From Candidatus Omnitrophota bacterium (GTDB taxonomy: Bacteria; Omnitrophota; Gorgyraeia; Zapsychrales; Zapsychraceae), in NCBI GenBank assembly GCA_021108075.1, contig JAIORP010000171.1, positions 4,041 to 68,040 on the forward strand: a DNA stretch of 64,000 nt, written 5' to 3'. The translations under genes and the position numbers were made by a program. A model generated the notes under the pieces. The model searched no databases and was not told the DNA's origin. It was given only the letters and a program-made list of their open reading frames with translations. Of the stretch, positions 38,778 to 49,506 are shown in pieces. Within the stretch, counting starts at the first letter, position 1, and every line of letters begins with the position of its first letter.

Positions 38778-39323
38778 CTATCTCTTACTGAAAGGAATAC
38801 CCAAAGCCAGCAAAACAGCTTGCGTATATTCTTTTGGACCTTTATTAAACACAAAGGTGATATCCATCCCCTGTGAATATGTTATTCGACCTGGATCAAT
38901 TTCCGGAAAGATAGATTGATCTGTGATGCCGATGGAATAGTTCCCCTGCCGGTCAAAAGACTTGTTTGAAACTCCATTGAAGTCCTTAATTCGAGGAAGG
39001 GAAACATTCACGAGCCGGTCTAGAAACTCATACATTTTTGTTCTTCGCAATGTCACCTTGCAACCAATCGGCATACCCTTGCGTAATTTAAAATTCGAGA
39101 CAGCTATTTTTGCGCGGGTGACAACAGGCTTTTGGCCTGTTATTGTTGTCATGTCCTTTACCGCACTCTCTAACAGCTTCATGTCTTGAATCGCCTTGCC
39201 TAGTCCCATGTTAACAACAATCTTTTCAAGATGAGGAACCTCGAAATCATTCTTTAAAGAAAACTGATCTTTGACGTTAAGAAGTATTTCTTCACTATAT
39301 TTTTGCTGTAACCTCGGTATCAC
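38778..39323 (-). CDS. rplE: 50S ribosomal protein L5
   Basis: KIVVNMG, ITGQKP, FKLRKG, LPRIKDF. Confidence 0.98.
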   Translation of the reverse strand: MIPRLQQKYSEEILLNVKDQFSLKNDFEVPHLEKIVVNMGLGKAIQDMKLLESAVKDMTTITGQKPVVTRAKIAVSNFKLRKGMPIGCKVTLRRTKMYEFLDRLVNVSLPRIKDFNGVSNKSFDRQGNYSIGITDQSIFPEIDPGRITYSQGMDITFVFNKGPKEYTQAVLLALGIPFSKR

Positions 39324-39324
39324 T

Positions 39325-39636
39325 TTATATTACCTCTCCGCTTTTTTTGCTAATACGTACTTTTTTATTGTTTTTCCCCATCGAGACACTGAAACGAGTG
39401 GGTTTATTGGTTTTCTTATCAATCAACATAATGTTGGATACATGAATAGGGGCTTCTATGTCCACAAATCCTCCTGATGGGTCTTTCTGTGATTTCCGAC
39501 GAGTTTTTTTAACAATATTGATATTCTCAACAATAGCTCGCTGTACGCTGGGAAACACTTTGAGGATTTTACCTGATTTACCCTTATCTTTTCCAGCAAT
39601 AATATAAACCTGGTCATTCTTTTTAATTTTTAACAT
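39325..39636 (-). CDS. rplX: 50S ribosomal protein L24
   Basis: IAGKDKGK.G, EAPIHVSN. Confidence 0.97.
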   Translation of the reverse strand: MLKIKKNDQVYIIAGKDKGKSGKILKVFPSVQRAIVENINIVKKTRRKSQKDPSGGFVDIEAPIHVSNIMLIDKKTNKPTRFSVSMGKNNKKVRISKKSGEVI

Positions 39637-39637
39637 C

Positions 39638-40006
39638 CTAAACCACCTCTGGGGCTAATGAAATAATTTTCATATAATCCAAACCTCTTAATTCTCTAGC
39701 GACAGGGCCAAAAACACGCGTGCCTTTTGGGTTACCGGCGTCGTCAATAATCACGATCGCATTACTATCAAAACGAACATATGTTCCATCAGAACGGCGA
39801 ATCGGAGATTTTGTCCTGACAACAACACCTTTTGCCAAATCACCTTTTTTGATAGCTGAATCTGGAGAACATTCTTTGATATTCACGCGAACAATGTCAC
39901 CAATCCGTGCGCATCGTCTGCCCTTACAATATAGGACACCAATCATTGATGCTTTTCGACCACCAGAGTTGTCCGCTACATTTAAAATGCTTTTCATGTA
40001 AATCAT
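39638..40006 (-). CDS. rplN: 50S ribosomal protein L14
   Basis: VADNSG, GTRVFGPVAREL, SLAPEV. Confidence 0.98.
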   Translation of the reverse strand: MIYMKSILNVADNSGGRKASMIGVLYCKGRRCARIGDIVRVNIKECSPDSAIKKGDLAKGVVVRTKSPIRRSDGTYVRFDSNAIVIIDDAGNPKGTRVFGPVARELRGLDYMKIISLAPEVV

Positions 40007-40017
40007 AACCAGGCCTC

Positions 40018-40284
40018 TTAACTTTTTTCAACTATTTCAGTAATTATCCAACGTTTATCTTTCGACAAGGGTCGTGTCTCCTGAATGCGCACGACATCAC
40101 CTGTCTTAGAATCATTTTTTTCGTCATGGGCTTTGTACTTAGACGCCGTACGAACAACCTTAAGATATTTATTGTGTTTCATCGCCCACCGAACCTGGAT
40201 AACACGAGTTTTATCCATCTTATCGCTTACGACAGTACCTTGAAGTGTTTTCCTTCTATTGGTCCTAGTTTCCTTTTCGCTCAT
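40018..40284 (-). CDS. rpsQ: 30S ribosomal protein S17
   Basis: G.VVSDKMDKT, ETRPLSK.KRW. Confidence 0.97.
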   Translation of the reverse strand: MSEKETRTNRRKTLQGTVVSDKMDKTRVIQVRWAMKHNKYLKVVRTASKYKAHDEKNDSKTGDVVRIQETRPLSKDKRWIITEIVEKS

Positions 40285-40474
40285 CAGCTAATTCTCTTTC
40301 TTTTATAATAGTCAAAATTCGCGCAATATCTCTTTTAATTTTACGAAAGCGCGCAGGTCTTTCTACCGCACCCATTTTACGGAAATAATTCATTTCAAAA
40401 AGATCTTTCTTATATACTTTTTCTTTTTGAATGAGCTCTTCTGTTGATAATTCTGTCAATTCTTTAGATTTCAT
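40265..40474 (-). CDS. rpmC: 50S ribosomal protein L29
   Basis: Operon position; KRDIARILT. Confidence 0.93.
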   Translation of the reverse strand: MKSKELTELSTEELIQKEKVYKKDLFEMNYFRKMGAVERPARFRKIKRDIARILTIIKERELADERKGN

Positions 40475-40485
40475 TTCAATCCTCT

Positions 40486-40902
40486 TTACTGGTCCATTCT
40501 TGAAACAAATTTTGTTTTAACGGGCAATTTAAATGATACCAATCGAAAAATCCCCCGAGCGTAATCTTCTGGAACACCACTTATTTCAAAAAGGACTTTT
40601 CCCCGATGAACCTCAGCAACCCAATGATCTAAATCTCCCTTACCTTTACCCATTCGTGTTTCAGCCGGTTTTTTGGAAACAGGTTTGTGTGGAAAAATAT
40701 TTATCCAGAGTTTGCCCGTCCCCTTGAGCTTTCTGGAAACAACCAAACGGCAGGCTTCGATGTGATTTGATCGTATCAGGCCATTTTCTAAGGTTTTAAT
40801 CCCGTATTCACCGAAATGGATTTTGTTTCCAACTGTAGCCAATCCACGCATTTTGCGTTTTTGGGATTTTCTATATTTCACTTTTCTAGGCATTAAAACC
40901 AT
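40486..40902 (-). CDS. rplP: 50S ribosomal protein L16
   Basis: [18 protein letters not shown]. Confidence 0.98.
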   Translation of the reverse strand: MVLMPRKVKYRKSQKRKMRGLATVGNKIHFGEYGIKTLENGLIRSNHIEACRLVVSRKLKGTGKLWINIFPHKPVSKKPAETRMGKGKGDLDHWVAEVHRGKVLFEISGVPEDYARGIFRLVSFKLPVKTKFVSRMDQ

Positions 40903-40922
40903 TTAAATCGACTCCTTAAAAT

Positions 40923-41615
40923 CTATGCTTTATGTTTGGATTTCTTTTTGTCCGCTTTCGCAAGAATTTCTTTTTGTCTTCTCTTTTCAGGATAAACTTC
41001 ACCACGGTTAACCCAAACCTTAACACCCAATATGCCGTATGTTGTCAAGGCTTCGGCGAAACCATAATCAATTTGCGCCCGAAAAGTATGTAGCGGCAGT
41101 TTACCTTGTTGATATGTTTCTTTTCGGGCCATTTCAACACCATTCAAACGTCCAGCGCATCTAATCTTAATCCCTTTGATTCCAGCGTTCATGGCATTAT
41201 CAATCGCTCTTTTCATCGCGCGTCTAAAAGCAATTCTCTTTTCTAACTGAAACGACACATTCTGGGCGATTAATTGAGCATCAATAGATGGATTTTTTAC
41301 TTCGCGTGGATCAATGGAAATTTCTCGAGGAGTAATCTTGCTTAATTCATTTCTTAAACGGTCAATGTCAGCGCCTCTTCGACCAATAATAACACCTGGG
41401 CGGGCCGTATGAATAATAACTTTGACCTTATCAGCCAAACGTTCGATTTCAACTTTTGCCACGGCAGCCGAAACATACCTCTTTTTAATGAAATTTCTGA
41501 TTTTATAGTCTTCAATTAAGTGTTCACGATAATCTTTTTTATCGGCATACCAAAGACTGCGCCAAGTATCAATGTAACCAATTCGTAAAATAATAGGACA
41601 TACTTTCTGACCCAC
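40923..41615 (-). CDS. rpsC: 30S ribosomal protein S3
   Basis: GQKV.P, ARPGVIIG, GRLNG.EMAR, PLHT.R. Confidence 0.98.
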   Translation of the reverse strand: MGQKVCPIILRIGYIDTWRSLWYADKKDYREHLIEDYKIRNFIKKRYVSAAVAKVEIERLADKVKVIIHTARPGVIIGRRGADIDRLRNELSKITPREISIDPREVKNPSIDAQLIAQNVSFQLEKRIAFRRAMKRAIDNAMNAGIKGIKIRCAGRLNGVEMARKETYQQGKLPLHTFRAQIDYGFAEALTTYGILGVKVWVNRGEVYPEKRRQKEILAKADKKKSKHKA

Positions 41616-41626
41616 GTGCTTCCCCC

Positions 41627-41962
41627 TTAATTTGTTTTCAAATCAAGTTCAATTATTATATGTGTAGTTTTCTTTAAAATTCTAGTCGCACGCCCAAAAG
41701 GAGCCGCACGAAATCGCTTCCAAGTCGGACCTTGATCAGCTATTATTCTTGAAACAAACAACTGATCTTCATTTAAACCTTTTTGCTTAGCATTATCGAC
41801 GGCAGAATTCAAAGTCTTGATAATAAATTTCGTTGATCCTTTATTGGTCTGAGCGAGAATGGCCTGCGAAGAAAGGACATCCTTTCCTCTGATTAAATCA
41901 ATAACCCGTCTTACCTTTGTTGGTGAAACGCGTAAATATTTTGCTTTTGCCTTTGCAATCAT
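41627..41962 (-). CDS. rplV: 50S ribosomal protein L22
   Basis: R.SP.KVR.V.DLIRG. Start moved to ATG 41962. Confidence 0.96.
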   Translation of the reverse strand: MIAKAKAKYLRVSPTKVRRVIDLIRGKDVLSSQAILAQTNKGSTKFIIKTLNSAVDNAKQKGLNEDQLFVSRIIADQGPTWKRFRAAPFGRATRILKKTTHIIIELDLKTN

Positions 41963-42009
41963 TTGTCTTAATACCCTTTTCTTATAACAGAAATACAATA
42001 ACTAAAAAA

Positions 42010-42297
42010 TTAAGTTTTCGTTGCTGCTTTCTTAGCCTTAACACCACCATGTTTTTTAAATATGCGTGATGGAGCGAATTCACCAAATTTATATCCAACC
42101 ATGTTTTCCGTGATAAAAACAGGCACGTGCTTCTTACCATTATGGATCGCCACTGTAAAACCAACAAAATTGGGAGTGATCGTTGATCGCCGGGACCATG
42201 TTTTAATCGGTTGTTTTTGTCCGGAGTCAACCATTCTCTTAAACTGTCTTAATAAAGATTCTTCGACATAAGGACCTTTTTTAATTGATCTTGGCAT
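42010..42297 (-). CDS. rpsS: 30S ribosomal protein S19
   Basis: RSIKKGP, KTWSRRS, HNGK, GEFAP.R. Confidence 0.98.
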   Translation of the reverse strand: MPRSIKKGPYVEESLLRQFKRMVDSGQKQPIKTWSRRSTITPNFVGFTVAIHNGKKHVPVFITENMVGYKFGEFAPSRIFKKHGGVKAKKAATKT

Positions 42298-42298
42298 A

Positions 42299-43138
42299 TT
42301 ACTTTGACCCTCGTTTTCTTACAATATATTTATCAGAATATTTACGTTTTTTTCGAGTTTTATAACCCTTGGTTGGTTTTCCCCACGGTGTTACCGGGTG
42401 AGGATTACCTTGTGGGGCTTTACCTTCACCACCACCATGAGGGTGATCGACAGGATTCATAACAACCCCGCGCACATTCCCGCGTCTTCCAAGCCAGCGC
42501 ATGCGACCGGCCTTACCTATGGAGCGGCTTTCATGCTCGACATTACTCATTTGACCGATTGTCGCCCGGCAATTAATGTTTAGTTTGCGGACTTCACTGG
42601 ATGGCATGCGCACAAAAGCATACTCCCCTTCTTTAGCAATCATTTGGGCTGACGTACCCGCGGAACGAGCGATTTGTCCGCCTTTCCCTGGTTTCATTTC
42701 AATGTTATGCACGGCTGTCCCAAGCGGAATGCGCTTTAACGGCAAGCAGTTTCCCGCTTTAAAATCAATATTTTGATCAAGCGTGCTAATAATGCTGTCA
42801 CCAACCTTCAATTCAAGCGGAGCTAAAATGTACGCTTTCGTGGCGTCTTCATATTGAATCAACGCAATCCGAGCTGAACGGTTAGGATCATACTCAATGG
42901 CTAAAACTTCCGCTTTCTCGTCAAATCGATTACGTTTGAAATCAATAATGCGATACATCCGTTTATGCCCACCGCCCCGATAACGAGCGGTAATTCGGCC
43001 ATTATTATTCCGTCCACCTTTTTTCTTAATCGGCTTAAGGAGGGATTTCTCCGGTTTAGATTTTGTGATCTCAGAAAAATCGGATAAAACGGTATGTCTT
43101 AAACTACTTGTTGTTGGTTTAAATCTTTTAATGCCCAT
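42299..43138 (-). CDS. rplB: 50S ribosomal protein L2
   Basis: [32 protein letters not shown]. Confidence 0.99.
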   Translation of the reverse strand: MGIKRFKPTTSSLRHTVLSDFSEITKSKPEKSLLKPIKKKGGRNNNGRITARYRGGGHKRMYRIIDFKRNRFDEKAEVLAIEYDPNRSARIALIQYEDATKAYILAPLELKVGDSIISTLDQNIDFKAGNCLPLKRIPLGTAVHNIEMKPGKGGQIARSAGTSAQMIAKEGEYAFVRMPSSEVRKLNINCRATIGQMSNVEHESRSIGKAGRMRWLGRRGNVRGVVMNPVDHPHGGGEGKAPQGNPHPVTPWGKPTKGYKTRKKRKYSDKYIVRKRGSK

Positions 43139-43161
43139 AAGAATGCCAATCTTGTTAATGA

Positions 43162-43440
43162 TTAAGTAACTTCTATTTTATAACCTTCTTTTAACGTAAT
43201 GACCGCCTTTTTCCAAGCAGAAGTCCTTCCTGCTTCATAGCGAACCCGTTTTTCTTTTCCCTTAATATTCATGGTATTAACGGACGCGACTTTAACTTTA
43301 TATATTTCTTCAATCGCATGCTTAATTTCAATCTTATTTGCTGATTTAGCGACCTGAAAAAGGTATTGCCGATCAGCTTCAAGCATGGTGCCTTTTTCCG
43401 TACGGATCAAATTTTTCACGATATCATAGCAAGTAATCAC
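43162..43440 (-). CDS. rplW: 50S ribosomal protein L23
   Basis: TEK, ANKIEIK, WKKA..TL. Confidence 0.96.
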   Translation of the reverse strand: MITCYDIVKNLIRTEKGTMLEADRQYLFQVAKSANKIEIKHAIEEIYKVKVASVNTMNIKGKEKRVRYEAGRTSAWKKAVITLKEGYKIEVT

Positions 43441-44135
43441 TCTAATTTCTCCCCTTCAGATCTATCATCTTTTAATGTTTCCTCTTGAACCTTAGCTGAA
43501 GACACATTAATCTTATTAATTCTTTCGATCAATTTGTTTAGACCTGTCCTGGTCGTTAAAATGTTTTTATGCCGTAAAATATCATACGCATTGATATCTT
43601 GTGCCCGCATAAGTTGAAAATACGGAATATTTCTTGTTACCTTGACAATACTTTCATCACTGCCGTCCAGAATGGCTATTGTCTTGCCCTTAATACCTAA
43701 GTCCTTTATGACCTGCACGAACTCCTTGGTCTTGTTCATCGGTTCAGATAAATCCTCAACACAAATTAAATTGTTACTGACATACTTAGATTTTAAGCTT
43801 TCCCTTAATGCAATTTTTTTGATCTTTTTGGGCAAAGTGTAATCAAAATCCCTCGGATGCGGACCAAAGACAGTACCCCCGCCAGTCCATAATGGATTTC
43901 GTGACGAACCCACGCGTGCACGACCGGTTCCTTTTTGACGATACGGTTTCGCGCCCCCGCCTGAAACAAATGCTCTTTCTTTTGTGGAAGCATTACCTTG
44001 CCGTAAACAAGCCTGATACATAACAACGGCTTGGTGAAGGACAGCAGTGTTGATATTATCATTCAAGATATCATCCGAGACATTTAATTTTTCAGCTTCT
44101 TGGCCTTGCTTATTCAATACAGTTACTTCCGCCAA
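43437..44135 (-). CDS. rplD: 50S ribosomal protein L4
   Basis: KPYRQKGTGRAR.GS, GGG..FGP.PR. Confidence 0.97.
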   Translation of the reverse strand: MAEVTVLNKQGQEAEKLNVSDDILNDNINTAVLHQAVVMYQACLRQGNASTKERAFVSGGGAKPYRQKGTGRARVGSSRNPLWTGGGTVFGPHPRDFDYTLPKKIKKIALRESLKSKYVSNNLICVEDLSEPMNKTKEFVQVIKDLGIKGKTIAILDGSDESIVKVTRNIPYFQLMRAQDINAYDILRHKNILTTRTGLNKLIERINKINVSSAKVQEETLKDDRSEGEKLE

Positions 44136-44137
44136 AA

Positions 44138-44857
44138 TTACTTTCCTTTCTTTTTCTTACCCGCTTTAGCTTTACTTTGCTTCATCGGGTTAATCTTCCG
44201 GACAACAACTTCTTGGACTTCATCCAATGATCTAAAAGCTTTCTTCTTAGAACGCTTGATGGTCAAAAAAGCGTTCTTATGACCAGGCACGCCACCCTTG
44301 ACGAGAATAAAATTATTCTCGATATCAACATCCATAACACGCAGACCCTGTATTGTCGCCCTTTTATTTCCCATTTGACCTGGCATATTAAAGCCTCTGA
44401 AGGTGCGTGATGGGTCCGCACTGGCACCAATAGATCCAACGCGTCGATGGTGCATCGAACCATGCCCCCCCGGGCCACCGCTCCAATGCCATCTCTTCAT
44501 GCCACCTTGAAAACCTTTTCCAATTGATGTGCCTGTAATATCAATAAAATCTCCGGCCTTAAAAAAATCAGCTCTGATTTCTTGACCCACTTCATATTTT
44601 TCTTCATCAGAGGCTTCGATTTCTCTGATGTATCTCATCGGAGCGACACCGATTTTCTTAAAATAACCGAGCACAGGTTTCGTCGAACGGTGTTCTTTTA
44701 TCGGCGAAAAACCCAACTTCACTTTTCGTTTTGGCTCTTCAATAAGTTCAAGAACCTGACAGGGCCCAACCTGAACGATGGTGACCGGAACAAGCTCACC
44801 TTCTTTACTGAAAATTTGTGTCATTCCTAATTTTTTACCTAATAATCCTCTTAACAT
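44138..44857 (-). CDS. rplC: 50S ribosomal protein L3
   Basis: GKKLGMTQ, GKGFQG, HGS..HR..GSIG. Confidence 0.98.
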   Translation of the reverse strand: MLRGLLGKKLGMTQIFSKEGELVPVTIVQVGPCQVLELIEEPKRKVKLGFSPIKEHRSTKPVLGYFKKIGVAPMRYIREIEASDEEKYEVGQEIRADFFKAGDFIDITGTSIGKGFQGGMKRWHWSGGPGGHGSMHHRRVGSIGASADPSRTFRGFNMPGQMGNKRATIQGLRVMDVDIENNFILVKGGVPGHKNAFLTIKRSKKKAFRSLDEVQEVVVRKINPMKQSKAKAGKKKKGK

Positions 44858-44891
44858 TTTTCTCTCGTATGATTTATCGCATTGATCAAAA

Positions 44892-45194
44892 TTATTGTTT
44901 AATTTCTACGTCAACCCCTGCCGGTAAATTCAACTTACGAAGAGCTTCAACTGTCTTCGCTGTCGGATCTATCAGATCAATCAATCTTTTGTGGGTTGCT
45001 AAGCTAAACTGCTCGCGAGACTTCTTATCAATCACTGGAGATCTAAGAACAGTGTAAAGCTCTTTCTTTGTCGGCAAGGGAACAGGACCGGAAATTCTTG
45101 CCCCCGTTCGAATAGCGGTATCGACGATTTCCTGCGCTGATTGATCAATAAGTCGGTGATCAAATGCTTTTAATTTAATTCTTATTTTTTGCAT
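44892..45194 (-). CDS. rpsJ: 30S ribosomal protein S10
   Basis: [22 protein letters not shown]. Confidence 0.98.
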   Translation of the reverse strand: MQKIRIKLKAFDHRLIDQSAQEIVDTAIRTGARISGPVPLPTKKELYTVLRSPVIDKKSREQFSLATHKRLIDLIDPTAKTVEALRKLNLPAGVDVEIKQ

Positions 45195-45288
45195 AACTAC
45201 TTACTTATCCTTTTATTAATTTTAGGAGAAGAAAGTATAACATCCTTCTCTTTAAATTACCACTTTTTTTTACAACAAAAATAAATAA

Positions 45289-46482
45289 TTATTTTATGAC
45301 TTCGTGAATAACACCAGCACCTACGGTACGTCCACCTTCACGTATAGCAAAACGCAATTCTTTTTCCATCGCGATTGGAGCTATAAGTTCGACATCCATC
45401 TCAACATTATCACCGGGCATGCACATTTCAGTGCCTTCAGGTAATTTAGCTGTACCCGTTATGTCCGTTGTGCGAAAATAAAATTGCGGCCGATACCCTG
45501 TAAAAAACGGCGTGTGTCTTCCACCTTCGTCTTTTGTCAGGATGTACGCTTTTGCCTTAAAATGAGTGTGCGGCGTAATGGAACCGGGCTTGGCTAAAAC
45601 CTGGCCTCTTTCAATCGCGTTCTTGTCGACACCACGCAATAGTAATCCAACATTATCACCGGCTTGACCTTGTTCCAACTCTTTACGGAACATTTCAACA
45701 CCCGTCACAACCGTCTTCGTGATTTCTTTACTGATGCCGACGATCTCAGCGTCTTCACCAACCTTGACGACACCACGTTCGATACGCCCTGTCGCGACCG
45801 TGCCACGACCAGAAATCGAAAAAACGTCTTCAATCGCCAGCAAGAAAGGCTTGTCTAATTCACGAACTGGCTCTGGTATATATTCGTCAACCGCCGCCAT
45901 CAAATCTATGATGGATTTTGTTTTCTCAGCATCCTCGATATTATTTATAGCTTCGAGGGCGCTACCTCTGATGATAGGTATATTATCACCGTCGTAATCA
46001 TATTTTGACAGAAGCTCTCTCAATTCAAGCTCGACGAGATCCAACAATTCTTCGTCTTCAACTTGATCACATTTATTCATATAAACAACCATAGAAGGAA
46101 CATTAACCTGACGCGCTAAAAGAATGTGCTCTTTGGTTTGAGGCATAGCACCGTCAGCAGCTGAAACAACAAGGATAGCTCCATCCATTTGTGCCGCACC
46201 CGTGATCATGTTCTTGATGTAGTCAGCGTGTCCGGGACAATCAATGTGGGCATAATGTCGCTTTGATGTTTCATACTCAAGGTGGGCGATGTTAATTGTA
46301 ACGCCTCTTTCTTTTTCTTCAGGAGCGTTATCAATCGAATCATAAGAACGTACTTGCGCTAAACCTTCTTTAGCTAATTTCATTGTAATCGCTGCACTTA
46401 GTGTTGTTTTCCCATGGTCAACATGTCCGATCGTCCCGATGTTTAAGTGTGGCTTATTACGTACAAATTTTTCTTTAGCCAT
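45289..46482 (-). CDS. tuf: Elongation factor Tu
   Basis: MAKEKF start at 46482, [25 protein letters not shown]. Confidence 0.99.
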   Translation of the reverse strand: MAKEKFVRNKPHLNIGTIGHVDHGKTTLSAAITMKLAKEGLAQVRSYDSIDNAPEEKERGVTINIAHLEYETSKRHYAHIDCPGHADYIKNMITGAAQMDGAILVVSAADGAMPQTKEHILLARQVNVPSMVVYMNKCDQVEDEELLDLVELELRELLSKYDYDGDNIPIIRGSALEAINNIEDAEKTKSIIDLMAAVDEYIPEPVRELDKPFLLAIEDVFSISGRGTVATGRIERGVVKVGEDAEIVGISKEITKTVVTGVEMFRKELEQGQAGDNVGLLLRGVDKNAIERGQVLAKPGSITPHTHFKAKAYILTKDEGGRHTPFFTGYRPQFYFRTTDITGTAKLPEGTEMCMPGDNVEMDVELIAPIAMEKELRFAIREGGRTVGAGVIHEVIK

Positions 46483-46540
46483 GAAATGCCTCCCTTTTTT
46501 TTTAATAAATATCTTTATGACTATTAATATTCCGACTACT

Positions 46541-48637
46541 TTATTTCTTACTGAGACTCGCATCTCTGGCGCCGATAATTTTATCAGCGACGAACTGAGG
46601 AACCTCAGCATAAAAGGCGGGTTCCATTGAGAAGGATGCCCGGCCTTGAGTTAAGGAACGTAATGCATTAGCATAATTAAACATTTCTGCTAACGGCACT
46701 TCGCAACGCGCGGTTTTCAAATTTGCACGCGTCCCCAAATTCACAATTCTTGCACGACGAGTATTCAAATCACCCAAGACAGCGCCCATAAAACCTTCCG
46801 GGCAGACAAGCTCGATATCCATAACCGGCTCAAGGAATATTGACTTACCCTTTAATAACGCTTCTTTCAGCGCGACTTTTGCTGCCATTTGAAACGCCAA
46901 CTCGCTGGAGTCAACGTCATGATATGTCCCGTCGACAAGTGTGACTTGAAAATCTGTCACGGGATAGCCGGCCAAGACACCGTTTAATGCCCCGCTCTTA
47001 AGACCTTTTTCAACCGCTGGAATATACTCGCGCGGAATAGAGCCGCCTTTAATTTTGTTAATAAAAACAAACCCGGATCCCGCTTCATCTGTTGGTTTAA
47101 CATCAACGACGACATGACCGTATTGCCCACGACCACCTGTTTGCGAAACAAATTTACCAACGACACCTTTCAAACTTTTCTTGATCGTTTCCTTATAAGC
47201 GACTTGCGGCCGGCCGATATTTGTTTCTAAACCAAACTCCCTTTTCATCCGGTCAATGATGATTTCTAAATGCAGCTCACCCATCCCTGATATAATTGTT
47301 TGGGCCGTGTCATGATTATATATAACGCGTAAAGAAGGATCTTCGTCGAGAAATTTTCTCAATGTCAATCCTAATTTATCTTGATCCGCCTTGCTCTTCG
47401 GCTCAATCGCCATCGAGACAACCGGCTCAGGTATTTTCATGTTCTCTAAAATAATTTTATTGTTTGGATCACAAATCGTATTTCCTGACTTCGTGTTTTT
47501 TAATCCGATCAACGCAACGATATCACCCGCTTCGGTTGCAGGGGCGATTTCCTGTTTATTAGAATGCATGACAACAATCTTAGCGATCCGCTCCTTTACT
47601 CTTTCAGAAGAGTTGTAAACCTGGGATCCAGATTCAACCTTACCGGAATAGATGCGCGTATAAAAAAGCTTGCCGACATAGGGATCAGTCGCGACTTTAA
47701 ACACCAGACCGCTGAAAGGGCTCTTGACATTTGTTTCTCTTATGAGCTCCTCCTCCGGGTTGGCTGGATTAATGCCCGTCACAGAAGGAACATCTACAGG
47801 AGAAGGAAGGTAATCAACGATCGCGTCGAGAAGTAACTGTATACCTCTATTTCTTAATGCGGTTCCACACAAGACCGGCATAAACTCACTTTTAACAACG
47901 GCACGGCGGATAGCTTGCCGGATATCATCTGGCGTGATATCTTTTTCTTCTAAAAACATCTCCATAATAGTGTCATCCGCATCAGCTAACCGCTCTAAAA
48001 GCACGTGTTTGCATTCCTCTAATTTCTCTTTATATTGATCAGGCACGTCTAAGACCTCAATCTGTTCACCTTTTTCGTCTTTATAGAGATAGTATTTCTC
48101 GTCGATAATATCAATAATTCCGCAAAAAGCATCTTCCGTTGCGTCCGGGAACTGAATGGCCGCAGCGTTGACGCCTAAGCGGTCATGCATTTCACCTAAT
48201 ACACGGTCAAAATTTGCGCCGAGACGATCCAGCTTATTGATAAAGGCGATCCGGGGAACTTTATATCGGTCAGCTTGACGCCAAACAGTTTCAGTCTGAG
48301 ACTGCACACCGCTCGTCGCGCAAAGGACAACAACCGCGCCATCTAAAACCTTTAATGAACGCTCAACTTCAATCGTAAAATCAACGTGACCTGGCGTGTC
48401 GATAATATTGATCTTCTTACTTTTCCAAAAGCAAGCGGTACTCGCTGACGTTATTGTAATGCCGCGTTCCTGCTCTTGCGCCATCCAGTCCATGGTCGCG
48501 TTACCTTCATCAACCGTACCCATTTTATGGATAACACCGGCATAAAAAAGAATGCGCTCTGTTGTGGTGGTCTTTCCTGCGTCAATGTGCGCAATAATCC
48601 CAATATTTCTTAAATTTTTTAAATCAATCTTTTCCAT
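46541..48637 (-). CDS. fusA: Elongation factor G
   Basis: [31 protein letters not shown]. Probable start ATG 48637. Confidence 0.98.
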   Translation of the reverse strand: MEKIDLKNLRNIGIIAHIDAGKTTTTERILFYAGVIHKMGTVDEGNATMDWMAQEQERGITITSASTACFWKSKKINIIDTPGHVDFTIEVERSLKVLDGAVVVLCATSGVQSQTETVWRQADRYKVPRIAFINKLDRLGANFDRVLGEMHDRLGVNAAAIQFPDATEDAFCGIIDIIDEKYYLYKDEKGEQIEVLDVPDQYKEKLEECKHVLLERLADADDTIMEMFLEEKDITPDDIRQAIRRAVVKSEFMPVLCGTALRNRGIQLLLDAIVDYLPSPVDVPSVTGINPANPEEELIRETNVKSPFSGLVFKVATDPYVGKLFYTRIYSGKVESGSQVYNSSERVKERIAKIVVMHSNKQEIAPATEAGDIVALIGLKNTKSGNTICDPNNKIILENMKIPEPVVSMAIEPKSKADQDKLGLTLRKFLDEDPSLRVIYNHDTAQTIISGMGELHLEIIIDRMKREFGLETNIGRPQVAYKETIKKSLKGVVGKFVSQTGGRGQYGHVVVDVKPTDEAGSGFVFINKIKGGSIPREYIPAVEKGLKSGALNGVLAGYPVTDFQVTLVDGTYHDVDSSELAFQMAAKVALKEALLKGKSIFLEPVMDIELVCPEGFMGAVLGDLNTRRARIVNLGTRANLKTARCEVPLAEMFNYANALRSLTQGRASFSMEPAFYAEVPQFVADKIIGARDASLSKK

Positions 48638-48642
48638 TAAAA

Positions 48643-49113
48643 CTACCACCTCAGGTGTGAAAATGCTTTATTCGACTCCGCCATCTTATGTGTGTCGTCT
48701 CGTTTCTTAACCGCGGCGCCTTCTCCTTTATAAGCAGCTAAAAACTCATCCGCCAACTTATTCTTCATCGGGCGGCCCTTTTTCTTGCGGGCAAAATCCC
48801 TAATCCATCGCATCGCCAAAGCATGTCCACGAGCCACCGGGACTTCGATTGGTACCTGGTAGGTTGCTCCACCGACACGTCTAGCCTTAACTTCTACACG
48901 TGGTCTGATATTCTCCAACGCTTTATTAAAAACTTTTAAAGCATTAGGTTCACCTGTTTTTTGTTCGAGAATTTCAAAGACATCATAAACGATATTTTCC
49001 GCAATTGTCTTTTTGCCATCATACATTAACGTGTTGATAAATTTCGCAACAAGACGGCTATTACATTTTGCATCTGGATTTGGTTCTCTTTTTTCTGCTC
49101 TTCGTCTTCTCAT
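48643..49113 (-). CDS. rpsG: 30S ribosomal protein S7
   Basis: RRVGGATYQVP, HKMAESNKAF. Confidence 0.98.
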   Translation of the reverse strand: MRRRRAEKREPNPDAKCNSRLVAKFINTLMYDGKKTIAENIVYDVFEILEQKTGEPNALKVFNKALENIRPRVEVKARRVGGATYQVPIEVPVARGHALAMRWIRDFARKKKGRPMKNKLADEFLAAYKGEGAAVKKRDDTHKMAESNKAFSHLRW

Positions 49114-49131
49114 TTTTATTAACTATCCTTA

Positions 49132-49506
49132 TTAACTTTCGTTTTTCTTCGTACCATATTTAGAACGTGATTTTTTTCGTTTACTAACACCCATCGTGTC
49201 TAATGTTCCTCGAACGACATGATATCTGACACCCGGCAAATCTTTTACACGTCCGCCTCTAACAAGCACAATCGAGTGCTCCTGCAAATTATGTCCTTCA
49301 CCTGGAATATAGGCTGTGACTTCTAATTTGTTAGAAAGACGAATTCTTGCAATTTTACGCAACGCAGAGTTTGGCTTCTTTGGAGTCATTGTTTTAACTT
49401 GCAAACAAACACCTCTTCTGAAGGGGCAGTTCATCAAAGCAGGCGACTTACCCTTTTTCTTTTTCTGTATCCGGTTTATCCGGATTAATTGTTGTATCGT
49501 TGGCAT
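49132..49506 (-). CDS. rpsL: 30S ribosomal protein S12
   Basis: [19 protein letters not shown]. Confidence 0.99.
   Translation of the reverse strand: MPTIQQLIRINRIQKKKKGKSPALMNCPFRRGVCLQVKTMTPKKPNSALRKIARIRLSNKLEVTAYIPGEGHNLQEHSIVLVRGGRVKDLPGVRYHVVRGTLDTMGVSKRKKSRSKYGTKKNES

Noticed and set aside
46483-46611. Apparent 43-aa N-terminal extension of EF-Tu overlapping fusA
   Set aside because: The canonical MAKEKF start at 46482 has its own RBS.
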